A model generated the notes under the pieces. The model saw only the letters and a program-made list of their open reading frames with translations. It searched no databases and was not told the origin of the DNA. From assembly GCA_963662285.2 (NCBI GenBank), contig CAXXMV010000006.1, positions 1,312,001 to 1,376,000 of the forward strand: DNA of 64,000 nucleotides, written 5' to 3'. This document shows, in pieces, positions 1 through 9,402 of the stretch. The translations under genes and the position numbers were made by a program. The DNA comes from a bacterium. Its GTDB lineage: Bacteria; Hinthialibacterota; Hinthialibacteria; Hinthialibacterales; Hinthialibacteraceae. Every line of letters starts with the position of its first letter. Within the stretch, counting starts at the first letter, position 1.

Positions 1-359
1 CTCATGCTTTAGACGGATTGGCGCATGCCGCCAATAATACCAGAAACCGCATTGATAAAAGCGCCGCAGCAATAAGCGCTCAACAAATCCTTGAATGTAT
101 AGAGAAATCTGAAAATCCACCGATTTTGCTTGATTTAAGAGAAGAGAAAGAAGCAGAAAATAATCCAATTACTATAGGCAATGTTATCAATATTCCCCTT
201 AGTGAATTAAGAAAGAGAATAAATGAACTGCCCAGGGATATAGATATAGTATGTTGTTGTACTCAAGGAGTCAGATCATATGAAGCAATGTTGCTCTTAA
301 AAGGAGAGGGATTAGATAACATATCCTTTATTGACGGAGGTTTGAAAATGTTGTATTGA
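1..359 (+). CDS. 3' part of an FAD-dependent pyridine nucleotide-disulfide oxidoreductase with C-terminal rhodanese domain (CoA-disulfide/persulfide reductase, Npsr/CoADR-RHD-like); 5'-truncated by the window
   Basis: Frame is open from the window start. HALDGLAHAANNTRN resembles the end of the CoADR dimerisation domain, followed by a rhodanese domain (LLDLRE..E, NIPLSELR, active loop CCCTQGVRS). Confidence 0.7.
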   Translation, partial: HALDGLAHAANNTRNRIDKSAAAISAQQILECIEKSENPPILLDLREEKEAENNPITIGNVINIPLSELRKRINELPRDIDIVCCCTQGVRSYEAMLLLKGEGLDNISFIDGGLKMLY

Positions 360-1093
360 TGCGATAAGATGGTTTGTTTTATATAGATATCTTATATACC
401 ATAAATAATAACTTATTAATAAATATTGACTTGGATATTTGTTGTTATTTATATAGATTCCTTATTATATTTAACATTTAAAAATCGAAAAGATATCTAT
501 AATCAACCTATTATATCTTATTTGATTTATCATTAATCTATCTGATAAGTAGAGCAAACAAAAGGTATATAAATATAAAAATGATGGCGGGAAAAGTAAT
601 AAGATATTGTTAAAATAAAAGTTGAAATTAATAAAAAATCTTGACCGTTGTGTTGACATAATATGAAACCACATGGTATAGTAAATATCTAATATGTGGA
701 AAAGAGAATAATCCAATATCTGTTACAGATTCCATTTCATTGTTATTTCTAAATGAAATAGGCGGACAGCTTCTCAGTTTATTATTTATTTTGTATTTTA
801 CTGTATACCTGAAACAGGTTTTTTATTAAACAAAGATATTAGTTCTACAACTTAGCCGAATAAGTATAAATACATAGTAAGAAAAAATATCTGTATAATA
901 TGTAATTATTTATTAATACGTATATATGTCTTGGTGAAATATCTCCATTCATAAATACTTAATGATTTTTGATAGATTCACCTAAGCGGAATTATTATAT
1001 TCAATTATAATGATTAGTTTTGTGTGATGCTTATAAACATAATTTTGTTTTCATGTATCGTTCAATATTTTTAGTTTCAGTAAGGCAGATAAT

Positions 1094-2788
1094 ATGGCGA
1101 ATATTGTAAAAAAGAAAAAGAGAAAACTTGGATCAGGCGGTTTTTCAGGTCAATCTTCCGGCGGCACTGGCAAGGTAGTAACAGCCCTACGACCAAAATA
1201 TGTCACCAAATTACCTCCATGCGCAGATAATTGTCCCAGTGGAAACGATATAAGAGGCGTTTTGACCACGATGGCTCAGGCCGAAAAGAGGGGCAAAAGT
1301 ACAGAACAATCTTTTCGTGAAGCATGGGATATTTTCTTAAAGACTAATCCTTTTCCAGCAGTTTGCGGCAGAGTTTGTCCTCATCCCTGTGAAACCGAAT
1401 GTAATAGAAAAGAGAAAGAAGGCTCGCTCGCGATCAATAATATCGAAAGGTTTATTGGTGATTTCGGCATCGAGCATAAACTTACTCCCGCCAAAATTTC
1501 TGAAGAACAATATGCTGAAAAAATTGCAATTGTCGGCGCTGGCCCCGCTGGTTTATCATGCGCATACCAACTGGCGCGTAGAGGTTACCCGGTAACTGTT
1601 TTTGAATCGTTCGCTAAACCGGGCGGCATGTTGCGCTATGGCATCCCTGAATACCGGTTGCCGCGTGAGGTATTGGATGCCGAGATTAACCGTATTCTTG
1701 ATATGGGCGTAGAATTAAAATGCGATACATCTATCGGAACTGATATACCTTATGAGGATCTGAAAAAGGAATATAAAGTCATATTTGTAGGGATTGGCGC
1801 CCACAAAGGCCTGCCCCTTCGCGTTGATGGAGAAGAAGCCGACAACGTATATTCCGGCGCTGATTTCCTGCATAAAGTAAACTCTGGCGAGAAACTGGAT
1901 ATTGGCAAAAAAGTGATAATCATCGGTGGAGGAGATAGCGCCATTGATGCGGCTCGCGTATCGCTTCGTTTGGGCGCCGAACCGATAATCCTATACCGCC
2001 GAACTATAAAAGAAATGCCCGCCATAGAACATGAAGTTACAGAAGCGGAAAGAGAAGGAATTAAAATGGAATTCCTGGCCGCTCCTTTAGAGATGTTGCC
2101 TGGTGATAATGGACGTGCGCGAGGAATGAAATGCATCCGAATGGAACTTGGAGAGCCGGATGATTCCGGAAGGCGCCGCCCGGTCCCGATTGAAGGAAGC
2201 GAGTTTGACGTAGAAGCAGACACCATTATCGCAGCAATTAGTCAAGAACCAGATTTCACAGGATTCGAGCATCTACGGGAAGGACGCGATTGGCTGAAAG
2301 TCGATGAAAATGGTTTAACTATGGACTCAGACGCCTTTGCCGGGGGAGATGCGGTTTCTCTTGGTTTGGTGACTATAGCCATATTCCATGGCAGACGGGC
2401 TGCTGAATTGATTCATTGCAACCTGCGCGGCATCACCCCTGAACCAAAACCTGATATGCCCAAGATTACAGCTGACAAGATGAAACTTGATTTTTATGAA
2501 ACAGCTGAACGACATGAACGAACTTCTGTTGATCCAGAAAATCGTTTAAAAGACCCATGGGCCGAAGTTGAGAATGGACTTTCTCCAGAAGATGCCGTTG
2601 CGGAAGCCATGCGTTGCATGAGCTGTGGAACATGTTTTGATTGTGGAACCTGTTGGAAATTCTGTCAGGATAATGCAATCGTTAAGTCCCCGGTTCCTTT
2701 TGAACCATATAAATTCAAGATGGACTTTTGCCAGGGATGTAAAAAGTGCGCGGAGGAGTGTCCGTGCGGTTATATTGAAATGGAATAA
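1094..2788 (+). CDS. dsrL: DsrL iron-sulfur flavoprotein, NAD(P)H:acceptor oxidoreductase, DsrL-2 type
   Basis: GltD/SudA-like fold: PPC..CP, CGRVCPHPCE, GAGPAG (FAD), GGGDSAIDAAR, YRR motif at 1994-2002, C-terminal ferredoxin (RCMSCGTCFDCGTC, CQGCKKCAEECPCG). Directly upstream of dsrA. Confidence 0.93.
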   Translation: MANIVKKKKRKLGSGGFSGQSSGGTGKVVTALRPKYVTKLPPCADNCPSGNDIRGVLTTMAQAEKRGKSTEQSFREAWDIFLKTNPFPAVCGRVCPHPCETECNRKEKEGSLAINNIERFIGDFGIEHKLTPAKISEEQYAEKIAIVGAGPAGLSCAYQLARRGYPVTVFESFAKPGGMLRYGIPEYRLPREVLDAEINRILDMGVELKCDTSIGTDIPYEDLKKEYKVIFVGIGAHKGLPLRVDGEEADNVYSGADFLHKVNSGEKLDIGKKVIIIGGGDSAIDAARVSLRLGAEPIILYRRTIKEMPAIEHEVTEAEREGIKMEFLAAPLEMLPGDNGRARGMKCIRMELGEPDDSGRRRPVPIEGSEFDVEADTIIAAISQEPDFTGFEHLREGRDWLKVDENGLTMDSDAFAGGDAVSLGLVTIAIFHGRRAAELIHCNLRGITPEPKPDMPKITADKMKLDFYETAERHERTSVDPENRLKDPWAEVENGLSPEDAVAEAMRCMSCGTCFDCGTCWKFCQDNAIVKSPVPFEPYKFKMDFCQGCKKCAEECPCGYIEME

Positions 2789-2882
2789 ATGTTATCTTGT
2801 ATAATAAATTCTAAAGATTTAAAGTATCAGTAATAAGGTATAAATTCTTACGCTTATTCTCAGCAAGGAGGATCTAACCGAC

Positions 2883-4103
2883 ATGGCGGATGGACAAACG
2901 AACGGCAAGACCCCAAATCTGGATAAACTAGATAAGGGACCGTGGCCCAGTTTTGTGAAGGAGATCAAACGAGCTGCCGAAAGCAGTGATATGAGTAAAG
3001 ATCTCCTGGGACAGTTGGAATTGTCCTATGAAGAAAAAATTGGGCATTGGAAACATGGTGGAATCGTAGGCGTTTTGGGGTATGGAGGAGGCGTCATTGG
3101 GCGTTATTCTGATGTACCGGAGAAATTTCCCAATGTGCAACATTTTCATACTATCCGGGTGAACCAGCCAGCTGGTTGGTTTTATTCCTCTGATGCTCTG
3201 AGAACGTTATGCGATATTTGGGAGAGACATGGCTCTGGTTTGACCAATATGCATGGTTCAACTGGTGATATTGTTTTTCTTGGCACCAGAACAGAGGAAT
3301 TAGAACCAATTTTTGCAGAGTTGACCAAAGAAGGCTTCGACTTGGGTGGTTCAGGTTCAGATGTGCGTACTCCCAGCGCTTGCGTTGGACCAGCGCGTTG
3401 TGAGTGGGCTTGTTATGACACCCTGAACTTATGTTATGACTTAACCATGGAATATCAGGATGAACTACACCGTCCCGCATTCCCCTATAAGTTTAAGTTC
3501 AAATGCTCTGGATGTCCTAATGATTGCGTAGCAGCACAAGCGCGTTCGGATATGTCTATAATCGGAACCTGGAAAGATGATATTCAGGTTGATCAAGCTG
3601 CTGTTAAAGAATACGCCGATCAAGGGCTTAATATTGAAAAGGATGTTTGCGGCAACTGCCCAACCAAATGCATGGATTGGGATGGTTCCACTTTGAAGAT
3701 AGATAATCGTGTATGCGTTAAGTGTATGCATTGCATAAATGCTATGCCAAAAGCATTGCGTCCTGGCAAAGAACGCGGCGCCTGCATTATGATCGGAGCG
3801 AAAGCGCCTATTGTTGACGGCGCCCAAATATCTTCAGTTTTGATTCCTTTCCTGAAAATGGAACCACCTTATCAGGAAATCAAAGATCTCTGCGAGAAAA
3901 TGTGGGATCTATGGTGCGATGAAGGTAAAGCAAGAGAACGCATCGGTGAGTTTATTCTTAGAGTTGGTATGGCTAATTTCTTGGAAGCTATAGAGATGGA
4001 ACCTAGTCCATACATGGTGGCTCATCCAAGAGATAATCCATATATCTTCTATGATGAATATATTGAAGAAGGCGACGACGAAGAAGAAGGCGACGAAGAA
4101 TAA
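2883..4103 (+). CDS. dsrA: Dissimilatory sulfite reductase alpha subunit
   Basis: [28 protein letters not shown], siroheme-[4Fe-4S] motifs CVGPARCE and [10 protein letters not shown]; GGAGG RBS. Confidence 0.98.
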   Translation: MADGQTNGKTPNLDKLDKGPWPSFVKEIKRAAESSDMSKDLLGQLELSYEEKIGHWKHGGIVGVLGYGGGVIGRYSDVPEKFPNVQHFHTIRVNQPAGWFYSSDALRTLCDIWERHGSGLTNMHGSTGDIVFLGTRTEELEPIFAELTKEGFDLGGSGSDVRTPSACVGPARCEWACYDTLNLCYDLTMEYQDELHRPAFPYKFKFKCSGCPNDCVAAQARSDMSIIGTWKDDIQVDQAAVKEYADQGLNIEKDVCGNCPTKCMDWDGSTLKIDNRVCVKCMHCINAMPKALRPGKERGACIMIGAKAPIVDGAQISSVLIPFLKMEPPYQEIKDLCEKMWDLWCDEGKARERIGEFILRVGMANFLEAIEMEPSPYMVAHPRDNPYIFYDEYIEEGDDEEEGDEE

Positions 4104-4178
4104 TCCATAACCCTAAAGACTTGGTAGCACTGGTAATTTAAGGATAATTCAAAGCTAATAAAAACAGGAGGTTTACTG

Positions 4179-5255
4179 ATGTCTCAAACTCAACGAATAA
4201 CCGACATCGGCCCACCCAGATACGATAAATGGTTTCCTGAAGTTATTAAAAAGAACTATGGGAAATGGAAATATCATGAAATATTAAAGCCTGGAGTACT
4301 AATGCATGTTGCAGAATCCGGCGATAAGTTGTTTAGCGTCCGCATTGCTTCTCCACGCTTATTGAGCATCCATACTATTCGTGATTTCTGTGATGTCGCC
4401 GATAAATATTGCGAAGGTCATCTGCGTTTTACCAGCCGTAACAACGTTGAATTCCTGCTTACCGATGAATCGAAAATCGATCCGATAATAGCGGAATTGA
4501 GAGCGCTTGGTTTTCCGGTTGGTGGTGTTGGAAACACTATATCCAATATCGTCCATACCCAAGGTTGGGTGCATTGCCATTCAGCGGCGACTGATGCCTC
4601 TGGCATTGTCAAGAACGTCATGGATGCACTGTGCGATAAATTTGAATCCAGGGATATGCCTGGCAAACTACGTATCGCCCTGGCTTGCTGCTTAAACATG
4701 TGCGGCGCGGTGCATTGTTCAGATATCGCGATTCTAGGTTTGCATAAAAGCCCGCCAAAAGTTAATCACGATTTGCTCAATAATATTTGTGAAATACCTA
4801 CAGTTGTCTCAGCTTGCCCAACCGCCGCAATTAGACCTGCCAAGGTTAATGGTAAAGACTCTGTGGAAATTGATGAGGATCGATGCATGTTCTGCGCAAA
4901 CTGCTTCACTGTTTGCCCTTCAATAACATTGAACGATCCACTAAATGATGGCGTTTCGATCTGGGTCGGTGGTAAAGTTTCTAACGCCCGTCACGTACCT
5001 ATGTTCTCGAAACTGGCTATTCCATATATTCCCAATAATCCACCTTACTGGCCTGAAGTGGTTGATGCTATTACAAATATAGTTAACGTATGGTCGGCGA
5101 ATGCAAATAAATACGAACGAATGGGCGAATGGATCGAACGAATCGGTTGGCCGCGTTTCTTTGAATTGACTGGTATTAAATTTGAAAGTTATCACATTGA
5201 TGATTTCAAATACGCTGGTCTATCATTCAACCGATCTGCTCATATTCGTTTCTAA
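4179..5255 (+). CDS. dsrB: Dissimilatory sulfite reductase beta subunit
   Basis: [46 protein letters not shown]; GGAGG RBS. Confidence 0.98.
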   Translation: MSQTQRITDIGPPRYDKWFPEVIKKNYGKWKYHEILKPGVLMHVAESGDKLFSVRIASPRLLSIHTIRDFCDVADKYCEGHLRFTSRNNVEFLLTDESKIDPIIAELRALGFPVGGVGNTISNIVHTQGWVHCHSAATDASGIVKNVMDALCDKFESRDMPGKLRIALACCLNMCGAVHCSDIAILGLHKSPPKVNHDLLNNICEIPTVVSACPTAAIRPAKVNGKDSVEIDEDRCMFCANCFTVCPSITLNDPLNDGVSIWVGGKVSNARHVPMFSKLAIPYIPNNPPYWPEVVDAITNIVNVWSANANKYERMGEWIERIGWPRFFELTGIKFESYHIDDFKYAGLSFNRSAHIRF

Positions 5256-5270
5256 GAAGGAAAAAAGATA

Positions 5271-5525
5271 ATGTCTGACGAACTAACAGTCGAACAGGTT
5301 GCTGATGCAATGTTTAACATGGTTAAAGATGCGATGGGTCAAAAAAAATTGAAACCCATGGATCTGCAAAAATCCATGATTGAATATTTCGGCGCTGATA
5401 AATGCGATAAGAAAAAATGTAAAGAGGCGATCAAAATACTGATCAATTCCGAGCGTTGCGTCTATACCTATTTTGGAGGTTCTTTCATTGAGATACCTCA
5501 TGAAGAAGGCGCTGCAAAAGGGTAA
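5271..5525 (+). CDS. dsrD: DsrD, small winged-helix activator of DsrAB
   Basis: 84 aa directly after dsrB, Lys-rich, with C-terminal L.....CVYTYFGGSFI pattern typical of DsrD. Confidence 0.85.
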   Translation: MSDELTVEQVADAMFNMVKDAMGQKKLKPMDLQKSMIEYFGADKCDKKKCKEAIKILINSERCVYTYFGGSFIEIPHEEGAAKG

Positions 5526-5574
5526 TGTAAAGGATTAATGTTCGACTAAATTGACATAATGCAGGCATGTTAAA

Positions 5575-6990
5575 TTGTATGAAGAGGCGCCAAAAAAAGC
5601 ATGCCCCCGGGTAGTTATCTGTGGGCTTCGAGGAGGCTCCGGTAAAACTATAGCGACGCTTGGTTTAATCGGCGCCTTGAGAAAACGCGGTTTGTCTGTA
5701 GCTCCATTTAAGAAAGGACCTGATTATATTGATCCTCAGTGGATCTCGTTGGCTGCGAATTCATCTTGCCGTAATTTGGATTCGTTTTTAATGAGTCGGG
5801 ACCAGATCCAACATTCTGTTTTGCAATATGGCTCTCATGCGGATATTGCAGTAATAGAAGGAAACCGGGGATTATATGATGGTATGGACGAGGAGGGAAC
5901 CTACAGTACTGCTGAGTTAGCTATACAACTTGAATCGCCTGTAATATTGGTGGTGGATTGTACAAAAGCTACCCGGACAATTGCTGCATTGGTTCTGGGA
6001 TGCAAACACCTGAATCCAAAAACTCCGCTTCGTGGAGTGATTTTGAATCAGGTTTCCAGGGAAAGACAGGAATCTGTTATTCGTAGGGCAGTTGAGCACG
6101 ATACCGGAATTCCCGTTCTTGGGTCTATCAAGAAGAGGCATGATTTTTCTTTTCCGGAAAGGCATCTGGGTTTGCATCCACCAACAGAGCAGGATTCACC
6201 GCAATGCACTTTACGACAGATTACTGATTGGTTTGAAGAGTCTGTTGATGTAGAGCAAATTATCAATATTGCGCGGTCAGCGCCTATGATTGAATTTGAA
6301 GAGCGCAATATTGAGGTCGAGAAGAAGAGTAATAGACATAAAAAAGTAAGAATTGGCATCATTCGAGATGAAGCGTTTCATTTTTACTATCCAGAGAATA
6401 TTGAAATTCTGGAAAGAGGAGATGCTCAAATCGTTGAGATAAACTCTCTGAAAGATAACTGCCTCCCTGATATAGATGGTTTATATATTGGTGGAGGATT
6501 TCCTGAGATTTATGGGAAACAACTTTCAGAGAACCACGAGTTTCGTCAAAATCTTTGTGATGAGATTAATAAAGGTTTGCCGGTTCTCGCTGAATGTGGA
6601 GGATTGATCTATTTGAGCAAGGCCATTGTTTATCAGTCATGCGCCTATGAGATGGCCGGGGTTTTTCCAGTAACTTATAATATTTCTAATAAACCCCAGG
6701 GGCATGGATATACCATTGTTCGAGTTGATCAGCAAAATCCATTTTATTCAGTAGGAACTTTGATGCGTGGTCATGAATTTCGCTATTCCCAGGTTATGGA
6801 AAACGATTATGATATGACCAATAGCGTGTTTGCCATGGAACGTGGATACGGTTTTGATGGAACGAGAGATGGTTTGAGTTATAAGAATTGCGTGGCTTCG
6901 TTTTGTCACCATCATGCCGCTGGCAGTCCTGAATCAATGATGGGCTTATTGCAGTTGGCCAGAGAATATCCCTCTCTTATTGAGGGTTGA
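5575..6990 (+). CDS. dsrN: DsrN siroheme amidase (cobyrinate a,c-diamide synthase family)
   Basis: GGSGKT, FKKGPDYID, EGNRGLYDG, ERHLGL, AECGG, GHEF motifs; position in dsr operon; TTG start. Confidence 0.93.
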   Translation: MYEEAPKKACPRVVICGLRGGSGKTIATLGLIGALRKRGLSVAPFKKGPDYIDPQWISLAANSSCRNLDSFLMSRDQIQHSVLQYGSHADIAVIEGNRGLYDGMDEEGTYSTAELAIQLESPVILVVDCTKATRTIAALVLGCKHLNPKTPLRGVILNQVSRERQESVIRRAVEHDTGIPVLGSIKKRHDFSFPERHLGLHPPTEQDSPQCTLRQITDWFEESVDVEQIINIARSAPMIEFEERNIEVEKKSNRHKKVRIGIIRDEAFHFYYPENIEILERGDAQIVEINSLKDNCLPDIDGLYIGGGFPEIYGKQLSENHEFRQNLCDEINKGLPVLAECGGLIYLSKAIVYQSCAYEMAGVFPVTYNISNKPQGHGYTIVRVDQQNPFYSVGTLMRGHEFRYSQVMENDYDMTNSVFAMERGYGFDGTRDGLSYKNCVASFCHHHAAGSPESMMGLLQLAREYPSLIEG

Positions 6991-7055
6991 TGTAAAAAAT
7001 ACTCATTAAGTCAACAAAATTAGTTTGGCTGATGAATGATTGGGATGGATAAAAA

Positions 7056-7373
7056 ATGGCACAGGTTGAATTAGCTGGAAAAATGTTTGATCTTGATGAA
7101 GATGGTTTCATCCAGGACGCAACCGATTGGGATGAAGAAGTTGCTAAAGCGATTGCTCCTACTGAAGGTGTGGAGGATATGTCGGAAGAACATTGGAAAG
7201 TAGTTAATTTTATCCGGGATTACTACAAGGAATTCGGCGTGGCTCCTATGGTTCGCAAACTTTGTAAATCAACTGATTGTGATATGAAGAAAATATATGA
7301 ACTATTTCCTTCTGGTCCGGCCAAAGGCGCTTGTAAAATTGCGGGTTTGCCCAAACCGACTGGTTGCGTATAA
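7056..7373 (+). CDS. dsrC: DsrC sulfur carrier / DsrAB co-substrate
   Basis: DEDGF, HWKVVNFIR, LFPSGPAKGACKIAGLPKPTGCV with both C-terminal cysteines (C-X10-C). Confidence 0.97.
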   Translation: MAQVELAGKMFDLDEDGFIQDATDWDEEVAKAIAPTEGVEDMSEEHWKVVNFIRDYYKEFGVAPMVRKLCKSTDCDMKKIYELFPSGPAKGACKIAGLPKPTGCV

Positions 7374-7398
7374 CGTATCTGCTCGTATGACATGCACT

Positions 7399-7459
7399 GA
7401 ATAGTGGGGCGGCGGTCGCTTGATATAAGTTCCTCTGATCGCCGTCTATAAGGCTATTC
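7399..7459 (+). other. Long imperfect stem-loop immediately 3' of dsrC
   Basis: GAATAGT (7399) pairs with GCTATTC (to 7459); inner GGGCGGCGGTC pairs with GATCGCCGTCT using several G-U pairs. Confidence 0.55.
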
Positions 7460-7596
7460 TGTTGAGAGAATTATTCTTTCTGATTTTGCAGGAAGAGAAT
7501 GTCTCCTTGCGTCTTTGCTTATTAATATTTTGCTTTTTTCATTAGCTACTTACAGGGATTCAACTATAGATAAATTCGCAAGATAAATTTTGTTAT

Positions 7597-7633
7597 TTCT
7601 TCTCCAAAGTCTGAATTAGACTTTGGAGAAGAA
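7597..7633. terminator. Perfect 16-bp inverted repeat (terminator, processing site or operator) between dsrC and dsrT
   Basis: TTCTTCTCCAAAGTCT-gaatt-AGACTTTGGAGAAGAA; no clear U-tract on the + strand. Confidence 0.5.
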
Positions 7634-7729
7634 GATAATCCATTTAATGCGAACGATTACCCGTATTTATTTTGTTTTGTAATATTATGTTTTTATCTAA
7701 AATATTATCGCTAATAGAGTATTCAACTA

Positions 7730-8302
7730 ATGAACCTGTTCGATCTACTTTCAGAAAATAAATCCAAGATTTTTGATGAATGGCTAAACATCATTCTGGG
7801 TAGTTATTCAGATGATGCATCAAACTTTTTTAAAAAAGAAAAAGATCCTTTCGCTAATCCGGTTGGAAATATATTTCGGGAAGCAAGCCATAAACTTTTT
7901 GAAATATTGATATTGGACGAGTCGCTCCAAGGGATCGAAGAACCGCTGGATAAAATAGTCCGGATTAAAGCCGTACAGGATTTTAGTCCATCCCAAGCTA
8001 TCCAGTTTATTTTCCACCTTAAACCAATTATTCGTGATGTATATAATAAAAATAAAGATAACGGCGTATCCATAGATTCTCTTTTGGCTATCGAATCCAG
8101 AATTGATCAATTGGCTTTGATGGCATTTGATAACTATATGGATTGCCGGGAAAAAATATACGAGATCAAGGCTAATCAGGTGAAGAATATGTCGTACAAG
8201 CTTTTAGAACGATCTAATATGTTATCAGTGACTGAAACTGGTGAGACTTGCGTCAAGCAGGGAGAAGATTCATGCAGCAAAAATGGAGGGTGTGAAAAAT
8301 GA
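7730..8302 (+). CDS. dsrT: DsrT (RsbRD N-terminal domain protein)
   Basis: KDPFANPVG, RIKAVQDFSPSQA, AFDNYMDCREKIYEI; ATGA overlap with dsrM. Confidence 0.92.
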   Translation: MNLFDLLSENKSKIFDEWLNIILGSYSDDASNFFKKEKDPFANPVGNIFREASHKLFEILILDESLQGIEEPLDKIVRIKAVQDFSPSQAIQFIFHLKPIIRDVYNKNKDNGVSIDSLLAIESRIDQLALMAFDNYMDCREKIYEIKANQVKNMSYKLLERSNMLSVTETGETCVKQGEDSCSKNGGCEK

Positions 8303-9318
8303 GCGCCTCTACTTCATGGTTAGGCTCTGCCAGAAACAAAATAATACTTGCTGTATGCATTATTGCGATTATTTTATTGGGTATATTCACGCCTTTGTTA
8401 AGGTTCTTTTTCGGCGCCATTCTCCCCTACATCGCGATATTCACATTTGTGATTGGAGTAGTATACCGTATTGTGCTATGGGCCAAATCTCCGGTTCCAT
8501 TTCACATACCTACTTCTTGTGGTCAGCAAAAATCTCTGCCCTGGATTTCATCCAGTTATCTGGATAATCCGCATAATACTCTCGGCGTCGTATGCCGTAT
8601 GGCGCTGGAGGTTTTATGCTTTCGTTCGCTATTTAAGAATACCAGTACAAAATTGATTGAAGGACCACGGATTGTATATTGCACCAATATATTGTTATGG
8701 TTAGCCGGTCTGGCGTTTCATTGGTGCTTCTTGATAATAGTAATCAGGCACATCCGCTTTTTTACCGATCCGATTCCATCTTTCGTTTTATTGCTTGAAT
8801 ACCTGGATGGTTTTTTACAGATAGGCGTTCCGGCCTTGTATATTTCAAATATTTTATTAATCGGCGCCTTAATATTTCTGTTTATGCGGAGAGTTATTCA
8901 TCCCAAATTAAGATATATATCATTGCTGGCCGATTATTTCCCATTATTGTTAATTTTACTAATCGCGCTTACCGGCGTCTTGATGCGCTATACGGTATTG
9001 AAACCGGATATCGTTGGCGTGAAAGAACTGTCAATGGGTTTAGCCACTTTCCATCCGTCGGTTCCAGCCGGAATTGGTTACGTGTTTTACATACATTTAT
9101 TCCTGGTATGCGTTCTAATCAGTTATTTCCCTTTCAGCAAACTCATGCACATGGCAGGAGTGTTTCTGAGTCCAACCAGAAATCAACCGAATAACAGCAG
9201 GATGGTTCGCCATGTCAATCCGTGGAATTATCCGGTTAAAGTACACACCTATGAAGAGTGGGAAGATGATTTCAGGGATAAGATGAAAGCAGCAGGTTAT
9301 CCATTAGAGAAGGAATAA
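8299..9318 (+). CDS. dsrM: DsrM membrane diheme cytochrome b (NarI family)
   Basis: PVPFHIPTSCGQQKSLPWI, FHW, HIRFF, FPFSKLMHMAG, RHVNPWN; multiple TM helices. Confidence 0.96.
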   Translation: MSASTSWLGSARNKIILAVCIIAIILLGIFTPLLRFFFGAILPYIAIFTFVIGVVYRIVLWAKSPVPFHIPTSCGQQKSLPWISSSYLDNPHNTLGVVCRMALEVLCFRSLFKNTSTKLIEGPRIVYCTNILLWLAGLAFHWCFLIIVIRHIRFFTDPIPSFVLLLEYLDGFLQIGVPALYISNILLIGALIFLFMRRVIHPKLRYISLLADYFPLLLILLIALTGVLMRYTVLKPDIVGVKELSMGLATFHPSVPAGIGYVFYIHLFLVCVLISYFPFSKLMHMAGVFLSPTRNQPNNSRMVRHVNPWNYPVKVHTYEEWEDDFRDKMKAAGYPLEKE

Positions 9319-9402
9319 CTAAATCTTGCTAGTTTGAGATAATGATGTGATACAGTTTTATGGTTGTGCGCTTACTCAATTTTAATGTGAGATGGTGTAA
9401 AA

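Noticed and set aside
377-470. Imperfect repeat TTTATATAGAT..CTTAT about 70 bp apart
   Set aside because: Low-complexity AT-rich context makes a chance match likely.
471-716. 81-aa minus-strand ORF upstream of dsrL
   Set aside because: Lies in very AT-rich DNA, is rich in F/L/I/Y/N as expected by chance, and has no recognisable motif.
1094-2788. Alternative call as glutamate synthase small subunit (gltD) or sudA
   Set aside because: The C-terminal ferredoxin domain and position directly before dsrA fit DsrL; no gltB or sudB is adjacent.
4066-4100. GAAGAAGGCGACGA repeat at the end of dsrA
   Set aside because: Simply encodes the acidic tail [12 protein letters not shown]; not an independent repeat element.
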